From an uncultured Bacteriovoracaceae bacterium (GTDB lineage Bacteria; Bdellovibrionota; UBA2394): DNA of 64,000 nucleotides. A model generated the notes under the pieces. It was given only the letters and a program-made list of their open reading frames with translations. It did not search any database and was not told the DNA's origin. A program made the translations under genes and the position numbers. The stretch's first letter is position 1; every line of letters begins with the position of its first letter. Shown here in pieces: positions 39,124-48,777 of the stretch. The stretch lies in contig CAZRCG010000010.1 in assembly GCA_964598565.1 (NCBI GenBank), positions 25,188-89,187 of the forward strand. The letters are read 5' to 3'.

Positions 39124-39852
39124 ATGATAGGTCTAAACAATGGAGGTTTGCTTGAAAGGCCTTGTTTGGGTGATAATGGAGTTTCGATGTCCCAAGCCTT
39201 TAAACTTCTCGTATCCCCTTCGTTACAAGAACTCTATGGCCCGGCTCTGCGTGAGGCAGGACTTCAGTTTGAATCGGTCGATAGGCTTGCCGCCGGCTTT
39301 TCAGATCAAGCGGATGCCGCCTTTTTAGACTTGCGGCCCATGGAGGCGCGAAAGGGTTTACCGGACTTAGGCGATAAAGTTCCTGTCATGACCCTCGTGT
39401 CAGAGTCGACATCACGCAGTGACTTAAAAGAACTGAAGCAAAAGGGGGCGCGCCATTTAGTGGCGGAGAATACGCCGGCTTCAGAGCTAATTGTTCGTCT
39501 TATGGCCCTTTTGCAAGAAGTCCGGGATACTCAAACAGGTGAATTTCGTAGCGGCAAGCGAGTTTGGTTTCAACAAGAAGCCGAACTTACGGTATTTGAC
39601 CAGGTTCATCGCGCGTGGACGACGACGCTCAGTGAAACGGGTATTTTTGTACGTACCGGTCTAAGTTTTCCTCTCTATTCGACGGTGCAGTTGAAGTTCC
39701 AGCTTTTGGGAGAGTCGAGCCCTTTTGTCTGCCACGGCGTGATTGTTCGGCAAGAAGTCGAGGGTCCCATACGCGGACTCGGCATTATGTTTCAAAACTT
39801 GTCGGGAGAACAGATTCGCCGCCTAGAAAGTTTTCTTGAGCTATGTCGCTAA
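39124..39852 (+). CDS. Degenerate receiver (REC-like) domain fused to a PilZ domain protein
   Basis: The REC-like portion (AFLDLRPMEA with the DxxMP Asp, PVMTLVSES, K...HLVAENTP) lacks the N-terminal DD pocket. The C-terminal PilZ has RSGKR...DQVHRAWTTTLSETGIFVRT. Start at ATG 39124. Confidence 0.55.
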   Translation: MIGLNNGGLLERPCLGDNGVSMSQAFKLLVSPSLQELYGPALREAGLQFESVDRLAAGFSDQADAAFLDLRPMEARKGLPDLGDKVPVMTLVSESTSRSDLKELKQKGARHLVAENTPASELIVRLMALLQEVRDTQTGEFRSGKRVWFQQEAELTVFDQVHRAWTTTLSETGIFVRTGLSFPLYSTVQLKFQLLGESSPFVCHGVIVRQEVEGPIRGLGIMFQNLSGEQIRRLESFLELCR

Positions 39853-40127
39853 AGTCTTTTATCGCATTACTGGCTCTAGTATGTGGTGCTCTGGGCGGCT
39901 CCATTTATTTCTCTAAACAAGGATTTCAAGATTTTTCTAAGCTTAAGAATTTAATTGCCGATACCGAAGCTACGGTAGGTCGAATTGAAAAAGAGAATCA
40001 GATGTTACGCCAGCGACTTACTCTTTTACAGACACGTCGTCGTGATATGGCCGAACGAGAGTTGCGAGAGATTCTTGGCTGGGTGAAAGCTGAGGAACTT
40101 GTTTATCTTGAGTCCACTCGAAAGTAG
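39843..40127 (+). CDS. FtsB/DivIC-like septum-formation initiator family protein
   Basis: 94 aa with an N-terminal TM (FIALLALVCGALGGSIYF) and then a coiled coil (IEKENQMLRQRLTLLQ). Overlaps the PilZ gene end by 10 nt. Confidence 0.45.
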   Translation: MSLKSFIALLALVCGALGGSIYFSKQGFQDFSKLKNLIADTEATVGRIEKENQMLRQRLTLLQTRRRDMAERELREILGWVKAEELVYLESTRK

Positions 40128-40135
40128 AATGAGGC

Positions 40136-41311
40136 ATGAAAATTGGTGCCGGCTTTAGCCGAGAGAAAACGCCTCAAGCTGCGCTTCAAGAGGCTTATCG
40201 AAAAAGCTTGCAGAAAATTGGGGCTACGAAGGCCGACTGCGCTCTTGTTTTTTATTCGTATGATTTTGGCTTAGATTCGACCGCACTCGGGGCAGCCGCC
40301 AAGAAAGTATTTCGAGATACTCGTCATATTGGAACCTCGTCATGGGCCGCTTGGTTTCAGAGAGACGGGTTTGAAGCAGAAACGGGATTATTGGTTGTTT
40401 CGTTAAAGGACATTCAAAACTTTGAGTTCTTTAAAGTACACAGTCTGAAAGAGAAGGCCGAACTTTGGGTATCGGAACTGTCACGACAGATGGTGGATAA
40501 GGGCTTTGCACAGCCAGGAGTTTCAAAAAGTCTTCTGTTTTGTATTGTGGACTCTCTGTGCTTTTCAAGTGGATCAGGTTTTTCTGCCTTGGAGAGACAA
40601 TTTCCTGGCATGCAAGTCTGTGGAATGGGCGCTAGCTACTCTGTGCCGCAGGTAACACTTCTCATGGATGGCGAAGTTCATTTTAATTCAATGGTAGCGA
40701 TTGGCCTTCGCGAGGCTGATGCTTGGGTTGGCATAGCGCAAAATATTCAGGGCGAACAGAAACCCATTGAGATTAACCGAATGTCCGAGAATTTGGTTAT
40801 TGAGATCGATCATAAGCCCGCGTTTTACCGACTGTGTGAACATCTCATGGCGCAAGATGATCTGCCCATGATGGCCCCCGACGAATTTCGTAAACATATG
40901 GGAGATCTCTACATCGTCGAGGTGCCCCGAGTGCAGCCCAAGCGCACACGTACGGTGGGTGAGATTTATCAAGCGGTATCGTTGCTGGGAAGCGAAATGA
41001 CCACGGGTATGGTGGCTGTGGCACAAGAGCTCGACTTTAACCGAGAGCATTATTTGGGTCAGAAGAAAGTCGTCTACGCCGAAGAATCGCTGCGCCAAGT
41101 TCTAGAAGAAATTCGTCTTAAAATTGAAAACCCTCGTTTGTTGATTGTTGCAGCTTCGGCCTCACGAATGCGCGAAAAAGAGCGAAAAATCGATGATCAT
41201 TCTCTCATTCGATCGCTCTTTCCTCATACCGAGCTTTTATTTCTGGCTTCGCAAGGCGAGTATTTAGGGGGCGGCAACTCATTCGCAGCGCTTGTGATTG
41301 CATTTCCTTAA
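40136..41311 (+). CDS. FIST-domain (FIST_N + FIST_C) signalling protein
   Basis: 391 aa. An N-terminal FIST-like pattern (AALQEAYRKSLQKIGATKADCALVFYSYDF) and a C-terminal FIST_C-like region. Called by eye only. Confidence 0.45.
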   Translation: MKIGAGFSREKTPQAALQEAYRKSLQKIGATKADCALVFYSYDFGLDSTALGAAAKKVFRDTRHIGTSSWAAWFQRDGFEAETGLLVVSLKDIQNFEFFKVHSLKEKAELWVSELSRQMVDKGFAQPGVSKSLLFCIVDSLCFSSGSGFSALERQFPGMQVCGMGASYSVPQVTLLMDGEVHFNSMVAIGLREADAWVGIAQNIQGEQKPIEINRMSENLVIEIDHKPAFYRLCEHLMAQDDLPMMAPDEFRKHMGDLYIVEVPRVQPKRTRTVGEIYQAVSLLGSEMTTGMVAVAQELDFNREHYLGQKKVVYAEESLRQVLEEIRLKIENPRLLIVAASASRMREKERKIDDHSLIRSLFPHTELLFLASQGEYLGGGNSFAALVIAFP

Positions 41312-41377
41312 GGCAAGCCTTAGCAGAGCCGAACATGATATATTAGGCCGTTAATAAAGTAGTATGGATGACTCTTT

Positions 41378-43114
41378 TCACTCGCTATCTTGATATTTGA
41401 TTTCTAGGCCTGCCTCGGTCTTATGGGCGCTATGGAGCCATCCGGATTCTCGAATGACATCGAGCGGTTGTTGCGAGAGATTTCGCAAGATGATTTTCTG
41501 GCCCCGGCGTTTCAAAGTTTCAAAGCAATTTTCCAACGCGACCATGCCTGTAATATCCATGACAGGAACGTCTCGAAAATCGAAAATCACTCCATGCAGC
41601 GCTCGATCGACACGTTCTAAAGTGGTGATCGCTTTTTGAGCCGCTCCAAAGAATAGAGGCCCCGCAATGCGGTAGACGACGAAGTGAGGGTCGTCGTTCG
41701 TGACATCGGTTAGCGACGGGGTTTCTAGTTCATGGGATGAGAAATCAGCCATTCGTTTAATAAAGAGAAGCGCTGCAATCACAATACCCGTTGTGACTCC
41801 TACGATCATATCGAACACAATAGTGAGCACAAAACAGGTGAGCAGGATCGTCTTATCGCTGCGCGGAGCGGAACGCAAAATGCGCTTGAACTGCTTCACT
41901 TCAAACATATGGATGGCCACGACCACAAGAAGGGCGGCCAACGATGCCATTGGCACATACGACATGGCAGGGGCTAAGCTTAAAACAATCACTAAAATAA
42001 AGATGGCATGGATCATCGCCGAGAGCGGTGATCGCGCTCCGTAACGAATATTAGTAGCTGTACGAGACAGGCCTCCCACCGCTGCGATGCCACCAAATAA
42101 GGGACTAATAATATTACCAATGCCAAGCGCGGTGAGTTCGGTATTGGGGTCATGACGGGTTTTTCCGAGTCCATCGGCAACGACGGCTGATAAGAGACTT
42201 TCTATAGCGCCCAAGATCGCAATTGAGAGGGCTGGCAACATCAAGGCTTCAATGAGTTTGAAGTTAGAATGCCAGTCACTTCCAAATATCATCGCCTGGG
42301 AGTGATCGCCCACGGGTCCGTCAAAGTTCCAGGGCCAAGTGAAACTAGGCAGGCTTTGAGGAATGCCTACATAAAAGCCATCATCGGTGGGATAACCAAA
42401 GCGACTTCGAAGTGTTGCAACGTCGAAGTTGGGAAACAGGTGACGCAGCCACAAAGTACCCAGGGTCATGGCGACCATCACTACCAAAGGCGCCGGAATT
42501 TTTCGGCTCCATCCTAATGTCCATTGAGCCGCCTTCGTGCTTTGAAAGAGTAACAATAGACCAAGCGTTGTCAGCCCCACGCTGAGCTCGGTTGTGGAGA
42601 AACCAGGGAGAGCTCCTCCCAGAGCAAGGGCACGGCCGATGAACGACTCAGGCATCGACTCAATGGAGAGTCCAAAAAAATCCTTTAACTGCAAAATAGT
42701 AATGACTACGGCAATGCCAGAGGTGAAGCCCGTTGTTACGGGATAGGGAATATAATAGACAAGTTGTCCGAGCCCGGTGAGGCCCATGATGACCAACATA
42801 ATGCCGGCCATGAGGCCCGCTACCAATAGTCCCGCCACTCCAAACTGATGGACAATGGGCACGAGTATTACAAGAAATGCCGCCGTGGGCCCAGTGACCT
42901 GAAAGCGAGAGCCGCCCAAAAGAGGCACGAAAAATCCCGCGATAATCGCCGTGGTGATGCCATGATGGGGAGGCACGTCGATCGCTATGGCAAGTGCCAT
43001 AGCCAGCGGAAGAGCTACCAGACCGACAATTAATCCCGAAAAAAAATCGGCTCTCAAATCGCTAAGGCTATAGCCTTCCTTAAAGCGATCACGCAGAGCT
43101 GACGCTAGTCTCAT
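41378..43114 (-). CDS. SulP-family anion permease with a C-terminal STAS domain
   Basis: 578 aa. N-terminal sulfate-transporter motifs DLRADFFSGLIVGLVALPLAMALAIA with many TM helices. C-terminal STAS (VVYRIAGPLFFGAAQK). Confidence 0.85.
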   Translation of the reverse strand: MRLASALRDRFKEGYSLSDLRADFFSGLIVGLVALPLAMALAIAIDVPPHHGITTAIIAGFFVPLLGGSRFQVTGPTAAFLVILVPIVHQFGVAGLLVAGLMAGIMLVIMGLTGLGQLVYYIPYPVTTGFTSGIAVVITILQLKDFFGLSIESMPESFIGRALALGGALPGFSTTELSVGLTTLGLLLLFQSTKAAQWTLGWSRKIPAPLVVMVAMTLGTLWLRHLFPNFDVATLRSRFGYPTDDGFYVGIPQSLPSFTWPWNFDGPVGDHSQAMIFGSDWHSNFKLIEALMLPALSIAILGAIESLLSAVVADGLGKTRHDPNTELTALGIGNIISPLFGGIAAVGGLSRTATNIRYGARSPLSAMIHAIFILVIVLSLAPAMSYVPMASLAALLVVVAIHMFEVKQFKRILRSAPRSDKTILLTCFVLTIVFDMIVGVTTGIVIAALLFIKRMADFSSHELETPSLTDVTNDDPHFVVYRIAGPLFFGAAQKAITTLERVDRALHGVIFDFRDVPVMDITGMVALENCFETLKRRGQKIILRNLSQQPLDVIRESGWLHSAHKTEAGLEIKYQDSE

Positions 43115-43134
43115 GAGACATGCTGAAACTAATG

Positions 43135-44277
43135 CTAAGCAGTCGCAAGCGTTTTCAGAGGAGTCCCAGAAGACGCCGCCGAGGCTACCGCGGGGGCTTT
43201 CACCGTCTTAATTTCTATCAAGGCTTGCTTGCGTAAGGCATCGATAAAAACCAAAGAGGCCGCGCCCACAACACCCGCTTCCACGAAGTTGTTGTTCTTA
43301 ATAAGGGTCGTCGAAAGAATACGCAATTTATTGTGTCGCGCTACATAAGAGCGCTCCATGGTAATTTGAATCATCTTTCGGCTGAAGGCCTTCCATGCAT
43401 GCGTTAGGCCACCGGCAAAACAGATGGCTTGAGGATCAAGCGTATTGACCACATTGGCGAGCATGATACCGAGTGCATTCCCCATATCGTCAAAAACTTT
43501 ATCGACCACTTCAAATTCTGAAAACTTGGGCCCTCGCTTCCACAGTTCGTAAAGCTCTTCGGGATTGGTGGCCGTAATAGACGGATATTTCTCACGCAAA
43601 TCTTTTAAAATATGACTCAAGCCAGACGACGAGGCAAAAAGCTCGACCGAACCACGGTTTCCTGTTGATTCAGGAGCGCCTTGAGGGTCGACCGTAATAT
43701 GTCCAATCTCACCGGCCATACCCATGCTGCCATGGAAAATATCGCCATTTAAATAAAGAGCGCCGCCAACGCCGGTACCCAGTGTGACGTACACAAAATG
43801 GTCGTATGATTTACAGGCACCGAAAAGCTTTTCTCCGAGAGCCGATGCATTCGCATCGTTATCAAGAAGAACGGGAAACTTAATGCGTTTCTTCAGTTTT
43901 TCATGCACGGCAAATCTCTTCCAATCAGGAAACTGAGGCGACTGAATGACAAGACCTTTTTTCAAATGAAGAATACCCGGAATTCCAAAGCCCACGCCGA
44001 GTAAATCGCGATTTGGCTCGCACCCTTGAGGGGGATTTTTAAGCAGTTCGTCGACCAAGGCGGCCATACGATTTAAAACTTTATCTTTGCCTTCTGAAAC
44101 TTTGGTTTCCCATTTAATGGGGTCAAAAAGCTGGCCTTTGGTATTAATCCAGGCCCCTCGCATGCTTTCGCCGCCCAAATCGACGCCTATAGCCCATCCC
44201 TGAAGTTGACCCAGTTTCGGTGCGAGTTCCGAAACGGTCTTGTTAATAAGAACCGTTGATTTCTTTGATTCACTCAT
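43135..44277 (-). CDS. ROK-family sugar kinase (glucokinase-like)
   Basis: LGVGFGIPGIL, DNDANASALGE and the MGMAGEIGH Zn-motif region, with a C-terminal extension. Confidence 0.8.
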   Translation of the reverse strand: MSESKKSTVLINKTVSELAPKLGQLQGWAIGVDLGGESMRGAWINTKGQLFDPIKWETKVSEGKDKVLNRMAALVDELLKNPPQGCEPNRDLLGVGFGIPGILHLKKGLVIQSPQFPDWKRFAVHEKLKKRIKFPVLLDNDANASALGEKLFGACKSYDHFVYVTLGTGVGGALYLNGDIFHGSMGMAGEIGHITVDPQGAPESTGNRGSVELFASSSGLSHILKDLREKYPSITATNPEELYELWKRGPKFSEFEVVDKVFDDMGNALGIMLANVVNTLDPQAICFAGGLTHAWKAFSRKMIQITMERSYVARHNKLRILSTTLIKNNNFVEAGVVGAASLVFIDALRKQALIEIKTVKAPAVASAASSGTPLKTLATA

Positions 44278-44420
44278 AAGTCTAAACCTTTCCTCCGTTC
44301 TGTCCTACCACAGGATGCTCAGAAGCCGTTGCAAAATTTTGATCTTTTTGGCGGCAGAGGGCAGCTCCTAGAGCTTGGGATAATGCCGAGACTTCATTAT
44401 GATAGGTCAGTGGGCGCAGA

Positions 44421-45092
44421 ATGACCCTTAATGAACTCAATGTCTATCTCGATGGAATTCTATCGCTTTCGCCCGACTCCGACGATACACGCTGGCAGTT
44501 GGCAGAGCTCTACGACCCATCGTTTACGCTTGTAGACCTCTTGCGAGAGCTCCATATTATTTATGGCTGGTCGGACTCTACTGTCTATGCGGCAAAAGTT
44601 TGGTTTAGCCTATCTTATGCCGATTTGGCCCAAATTTATAGCTTGGACGAGAAATCGATCTCTCAAATCATGCGCTCGGAAAGAATGAGGGGCTTGCCTC
44701 CTTACCGGCCTCAGACCACCACCTCGGCCGGCGCTTTATCGTGTTTTATGGTGGATCAGCTTTTAAGCCCGTTTATCGATTTAGAAATTCAAGAGTCGTC
44801 CGTTCGAGGGGCGGTGCAAGAGCATCTGGCGGGCTGCGATGCATGCTCGGGGCGGCTCGCCTTCATTCGTCAGTTAGACGCGGTCAAATGGAAAGAGCGA
44901 AAGGCCTTTAAGCCGTTTTCGTACCAAGAATGGGAGGCTCTGCAGCAGCTGGTCAAAGAGAGAGACCGTTTTGAGCGGGGTCAGTGGAGCGTGCTCGCGG
45001 GCCTCATTTTTATGACATTGGGCTTTGCGATTTGGTTTTTGGCATCGAGTCCTGCCGAGCTCCCTAATATTTACGAGATGCGAGCTCGATGA
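44421..45092 (+). CDS. Putative anti-sigma factor (zf-HC2 / ZAS-like zinc finger plus a C-terminal TM). The N-terminal region resembles sigma-70 region 4.
   Basis: HLAGCDACSGR (H-x3-C-x2-C). TM VLAGLIFMTLGFAIWFLA. The N-terminus LSYADLAQIYSLDEKSISQIMRSERMRGL resembles an ECF sigma region 4 HTH. No adjacent sigma gene. Confidence 0.5.
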   Translation: MTLNELNVYLDGILSLSPDSDDTRWQLAELYDPSFTLVDLLRELHIIYGWSDSTVYAAKVWFSLSYADLAQIYSLDEKSISQIMRSERMRGLPPYRPQTTTSAGALSCFMVDQLLSPFIDLEIQESSVRGAVQEHLAGCDACSGRLAFIRQLDAVKWKERKAFKPFSYQEWEALQQLVKERDRFERGQWSVLAGLIFMTLGFAIWFLASSPAELPNIYEMRAR

Positions 45093-45128
45093 TTTACGTC
45101 GCCGCTGCGCCCAGAGTATTCTCGTAAG

Positions 45129-46154
45129 ATGGCATCAGCACTCATCAAAGTTCCTGGTTTGAAGCGAGGAGACTGCGTGGCGGTAATTCGCCCTTCAAGC
45201 CGACTCGATCAGAAGCTTTATGAAGAAAGCATCGAACATTTAAGAGCGCTCGATTTGTGCGTCGTACGCTACGATGAGTTGCATCGATCACGAGCGAAGG
45301 CCGATTCTTTCTTTTCGGCCGACGATGCAGGGCGATCGCGAGAGTTTGACTGGGCCATGAGGGAGCCGGGTATTCGCGCGGTTTTGGCGGCGCGAGGGGG
45401 CTACGGTATTCAGCGGACTCTTCAGTTTTTTTCGACGCCCCAAGAACTTCGACGGATAAAAAAGCAGTGGTTACCCAAAATCGTGGTGGGCTACTCTGAT
45501 TTTACTTTTGCCCATCAGTGGATTCAAAACCAATTGGGCTGGATCACCTTTCATGGGCCTCTCGTTGGGATGATTCCCAAGAAGTCCTTGCAGGGGTTGG
45601 TGAGGGAGCTGATGTCTCTGCCTAGCACAAAATGTTCTTGGTCAATTAAGTCTCATCAAGTTCTGAAGAAGGGGAGTCTAAAAGGAAGAGGGACTATATC
45701 AGGTGCCCAAGCGATTAATGGCAAAGCGACAATGTTTGGCGCCCAAGGGCCGTCGTCGGAGGCTCAGGGGCGCCTGGTGGGGGGGAATCTCTCGCTCCTT
45801 CAGACCTCGGGCTGGGCGGCTCTGCCCAAGGTGCCCATGATTTTAGCCATCGAAGATGTGAACGAGCCGTTTTATAAATTGGATCGTTTTCTTATGAATC
45901 TTTGGTACGCGGGCTATGCCCCCTTCATAAAAGGAATTTTGCTTGGCAGCTTTCATAAATGTGGCCTGGCTGATGGGCGAACATTTGGCTGGAGCCGAGT
46001 TGTAGAGACCATGCGATGTCTCACGCGAGGTCCCATCATCGGGCCCCTTGATTTTGGTCACGGTCTGGCGAAACAGCGACTTCTGCCTTTGGGTGTACGC
46101 GTAAAGCTGCGCCCGTCATCGATCGACTTTGTAGATCCTTGGATTGGTCGATGA
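45129..46154 (+). CDS. ldcA: LD-carboxypeptidase (S66 family, muramoyltetrapeptide carboxypeptidase)
   Basis: The block GDCVAVIRPSS...AARGGYG and a later Ser/His/Glu-type S66 architecture. 341 aa. Confidence 0.75.
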   Translation: MASALIKVPGLKRGDCVAVIRPSSRLDQKLYEESIEHLRALDLCVVRYDELHRSRAKADSFFSADDAGRSREFDWAMREPGIRAVLAARGGYGIQRTLQFFSTPQELRRIKKQWLPKIVVGYSDFTFAHQWIQNQLGWITFHGPLVGMIPKKSLQGLVRELMSLPSTKCSWSIKSHQVLKKGSLKGRGTISGAQAINGKATMFGAQGPSSEAQGRLVGGNLSLLQTSGWAALPKVPMILAIEDVNEPFYKLDRFLMNLWYAGYAPFIKGILLGSFHKCGLADGRTFGWSRVVETMRCLTRGPIIGPLDFGHGLAKQRLLPLGVRVKLRPSSIDFVDPWIGR

Positions 46155-47293
46155 AGAACGCTTGGAGAAGGTCTTTTTCTCAAGTATTGCAGGCGGCCAT
46201 TCGAAAGCAGGCGGCCCCTGGCTTTCAATGTATTGTGGGCTGGAAAGATAAGACCCTGGGAGTCTTTTGCGAAGGGGTCGAAGATTTTAAGCACCATCGC
46301 GCTGTGCGACCCAATACTTGGTTTGATCTCGCCTCGCTTACAAAGATTCTTTGCACGGTCGATCTTTTGATGATGGCGAGGCAGAGCGGTAAGTTTACAT
46401 CGTTAGACGCGAACCTTCGTCCATGGTTTCCTTTTTTTAAATCTGAATTGAGGCATCGCACCCTGCAAGAGCTTCTTACTCATCGCGCCGGTCTAGAGGC
46501 GATATTTCGAGATAGTGAGCGAAGTGAAGCACAGCTTCCCACTCGAGCAGACCGTCTCCATTATTTTTTGAGGCGCATGGATGAAACTTATGACGCTAGA
46601 GGTGTGGGGCGCGAGGTTTACTCCGATATTGGTTTCATGATTTTGGGTTCCCTTTTAGAACAAATGGCGGGACGAAACTTAAGCCATCAGTTCAAGTGGG
46701 CGGAGCTCTCATTTAATCCCAGTGTACCTCGTTTGGGAGGACTAGGTATTTTTTTTGGCGGTCGAAGTATCGCCAGTGAGCTTACGTTGGAAAAAGATCA
46801 AGCTCAACTACCGTGGCTCACGGGCACGGTTCAAGATCCGCGAGCGCAGTGGTTAATGGGTGAGGCCGGTCATGCGGGCCTTTTTGGTACGGGCCAGGGT
46901 GTGGAATGGTGGGCCCAGGAGTTTTATCGTGCGTACTGGGGCAAGAGTGGGCGCTTAAGTGACAAGGTGGCGCGAGAGTTTGTGGACTTTGAATCTCTCT
47001 ATAAAGCGCGAATGGTAGAGCCGCGACGATTCTTAAATGGATTCGATACACCGGACAACAGTGGCTCGCAGGCTGGTCGTTATTTTGGGTCAGAGACTAT
47101 TGGGCATCTTGGATATTCGGGCGCGAGTTTTTGGATGGACTTGGCGACCGGAGCGCGCGTCATTTTATTGTGCCATCGTTTTCAGCCGGGTCTTGAACCT
47201 GATACCTTACGCCGCATGCGACCTGAGATTCATAACTGGCTTCATGAGAATGTCTTTTTTAAGTTAAAAGATTCGTTATCATGGGAACTATGA
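46139..47293 (+). CDS. Serine hydrolase of the beta-lactamase/PBP family (AmpH-like)
   Basis: SxxK motif FDLASLTK, YSD-like VYSDIGFMILG, and a later HLGYSGASFWMD (KTG-box-like region). Overlaps the ldcA stop by 16 nt. Confidence 0.7.
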   Translation: MDWSMKNAWRRSFSQVLQAAIRKQAAPGFQCIVGWKDKTLGVFCEGVEDFKHHRAVRPNTWFDLASLTKILCTVDLLMMARQSGKFTSLDANLRPWFPFFKSELRHRTLQELLTHRAGLEAIFRDSERSEAQLPTRADRLHYFLRRMDETYDARGVGREVYSDIGFMILGSLLEQMAGRNLSHQFKWAELSFNPSVPRLGGLGIFFGGRSIASELTLEKDQAQLPWLTGTVQDPRAQWLMGEAGHAGLFGTGQGVEWWAQEFYRAYWGKSGRLSDKVAREFVDFESLYKARMVEPRRFLNGFDTPDNSGSQAGRYFGSETIGHLGYSGASFWMDLATGARVILLCHRFQPGLEPDTLRRMRPEIHNWLHENVFFKLKDSLSWEL

Positions 47294-48768
47294 ACGACGC
47301 GCCTCATTCTTCTAATTCTCAGGACAACGTCGAGAGGTTAGCGCAGCCAACCGCATCGAAGCGGCCGATTCCTGCACCGGGATCCCGTATTTATTTTTTA
47401 GCTATTTGTGGAACTGGCATGAGTGCTCTGGCGAGTTTACTAAAGCAAAAGGGCTACCATGTGGCGGGAGCGGACATTGCGGCCTATCCTCCAGTGGGAG
47501 ATTTTCTAAAGGCGCAGGCGATTCAAGTCGATCTGGGTTTCGATTTATCTAAGATGATCGCGTTTGATCCTCACTATGTGGTAATTGGTAATTTTATTCG
47601 AAAAGACAACGAACTGGCACGCTATGTTTTAGAGAATCATATTCCGTATGGCTCCTTTCCGAGCACCTTAGAAGACTTTTTTTTGGAACAGACTCGCAAT
47701 TTTGTAGTGGTGGGTACTCATGGCAAGTCGACCACCACCGCCGCGCTGGCCTACTGTCTGGATGAGGCTGGCAAAAATCCCTCATTTTTGGTGGGCGGAA
47801 TTCCTCTCAATTTTCCTGACGGCTCTCGATTTGGAGAAGGCTCTGATTTTGTGATTGAAGGAGATGAATACGATACGGCTTTTTTTGATAAAGAATCAAA
47901 GTTTCTGCACTATCAACCGCATATTGCCCTGATGATGTCCTTAGAGTGGGACCATGCCGATATTTTTCCTACTCCTGCAGCCATGGAGCAAATGTTTCGC
48001 AAGTTTTTGGCGATCGTTCGTGACACTATTTATTATTGTAAAGACTGGCCTCGAATCGAAGAGCTTCTTCGTGAAGAGAGTCCGAAGGCTCGCGCTGTGT
48101 CTTTCGGTTTTAGTACTGAAAGCGATATTCGAATTGAAGATTTCACTCAGGGAGCTGAAGGTATGCGGTGGCGGTTGGGCTCCCAGGTTTTGGAGTCTCC
48201 ACTGACGGGTCGCTTCAATGCCCAGAATTTAACGGCAGCCTATTTAGCGGCTCGTCATGTCGGGGTCGATGAGGCCACCTTGAGTCGAGCTCTCAAAAAC
48301 TTCAAGGCGCTCAGACGACGCCAAGAAATTCGCGGCGAAATTGGTGAACATTTAGTGATTGATGATTTTGCTCATCATCCGACGGCCGTCGAAGAAGTTT
48401 TGTTGGGTATGCGAGCAAAGTATCCACGTCATCGCCTCGTAGTATTTTTTGAAGCTCGATCCAATACGTCGCGGCGCGCTTTGCTTCAAAAGCGCTACAA
48501 TGAATGCTTTCAAGAAGCCGACCGAGTGCTTTTGGCGCCCGTTTTTAAAGTAGAAGCTTTGCCTGAGAATGATCGTCTCAATATTTCAGAAATTATTGAG
48601 ACTCTTGCCAGCAAAGGTAAGGTTGCCATCGGACCTTTGTCAGTCGATGAGATGATGAGCGATGCGCAGAGCGAATCAAAGAAGGGGCCCTGCGTTTTTC
48701 TTGTTCTGTCGAACGGAGCCTTCGATGGACTACATGAAAAGTTGCTTTCTGCCCTAAAAAAGGTCTAG
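47281..48768 (+). CDS. mpl: UDP-N-acetylmuramate:L-alanyl-gamma-D-glutamyl-meso-DAP ligase (murein peptide ligase)
   Basis: IYFLAICGTGMSALASLL (Mur ligase N-terminus), VVGTHGKSTTTA (P-loop) and a Mur-ligase C-terminal domain. Overlaps the upstream gene by 13 nt. Confidence 0.8.
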   Translation: MGTMNDAPHSSNSQDNVERLAQPTASKRPIPAPGSRIYFLAICGTGMSALASLLKQKGYHVAGADIAAYPPVGDFLKAQAIQVDLGFDLSKMIAFDPHYVVIGNFIRKDNELARYVLENHIPYGSFPSTLEDFFLEQTRNFVVVGTHGKSTTTAALAYCLDEAGKNPSFLVGGIPLNFPDGSRFGEGSDFVIEGDEYDTAFFDKESKFLHYQPHIALMMSLEWDHADIFPTPAAMEQMFRKFLAIVRDTIYYCKDWPRIEELLREESPKARAVSFGFSTESDIRIEDFTQGAEGMRWRLGSQVLESPLTGRFNAQNLTAAYLAARHVGVDEATLSRALKNFKALRRRQEIRGEIGEHLVIDDFAHHPTAVEEVLLGMRAKYPRHRLVVFFEARSNTSRRALLQKRYNECFQEADRVLLAPVFKVEALPENDRLNISEIIETLASKGKVAIGPLSVDEMMSDAQSESKKGPCVFLVLSNGAFDGLHEKLLSALKKV

Positions 48769-48777
48769 ATTTTCGAC

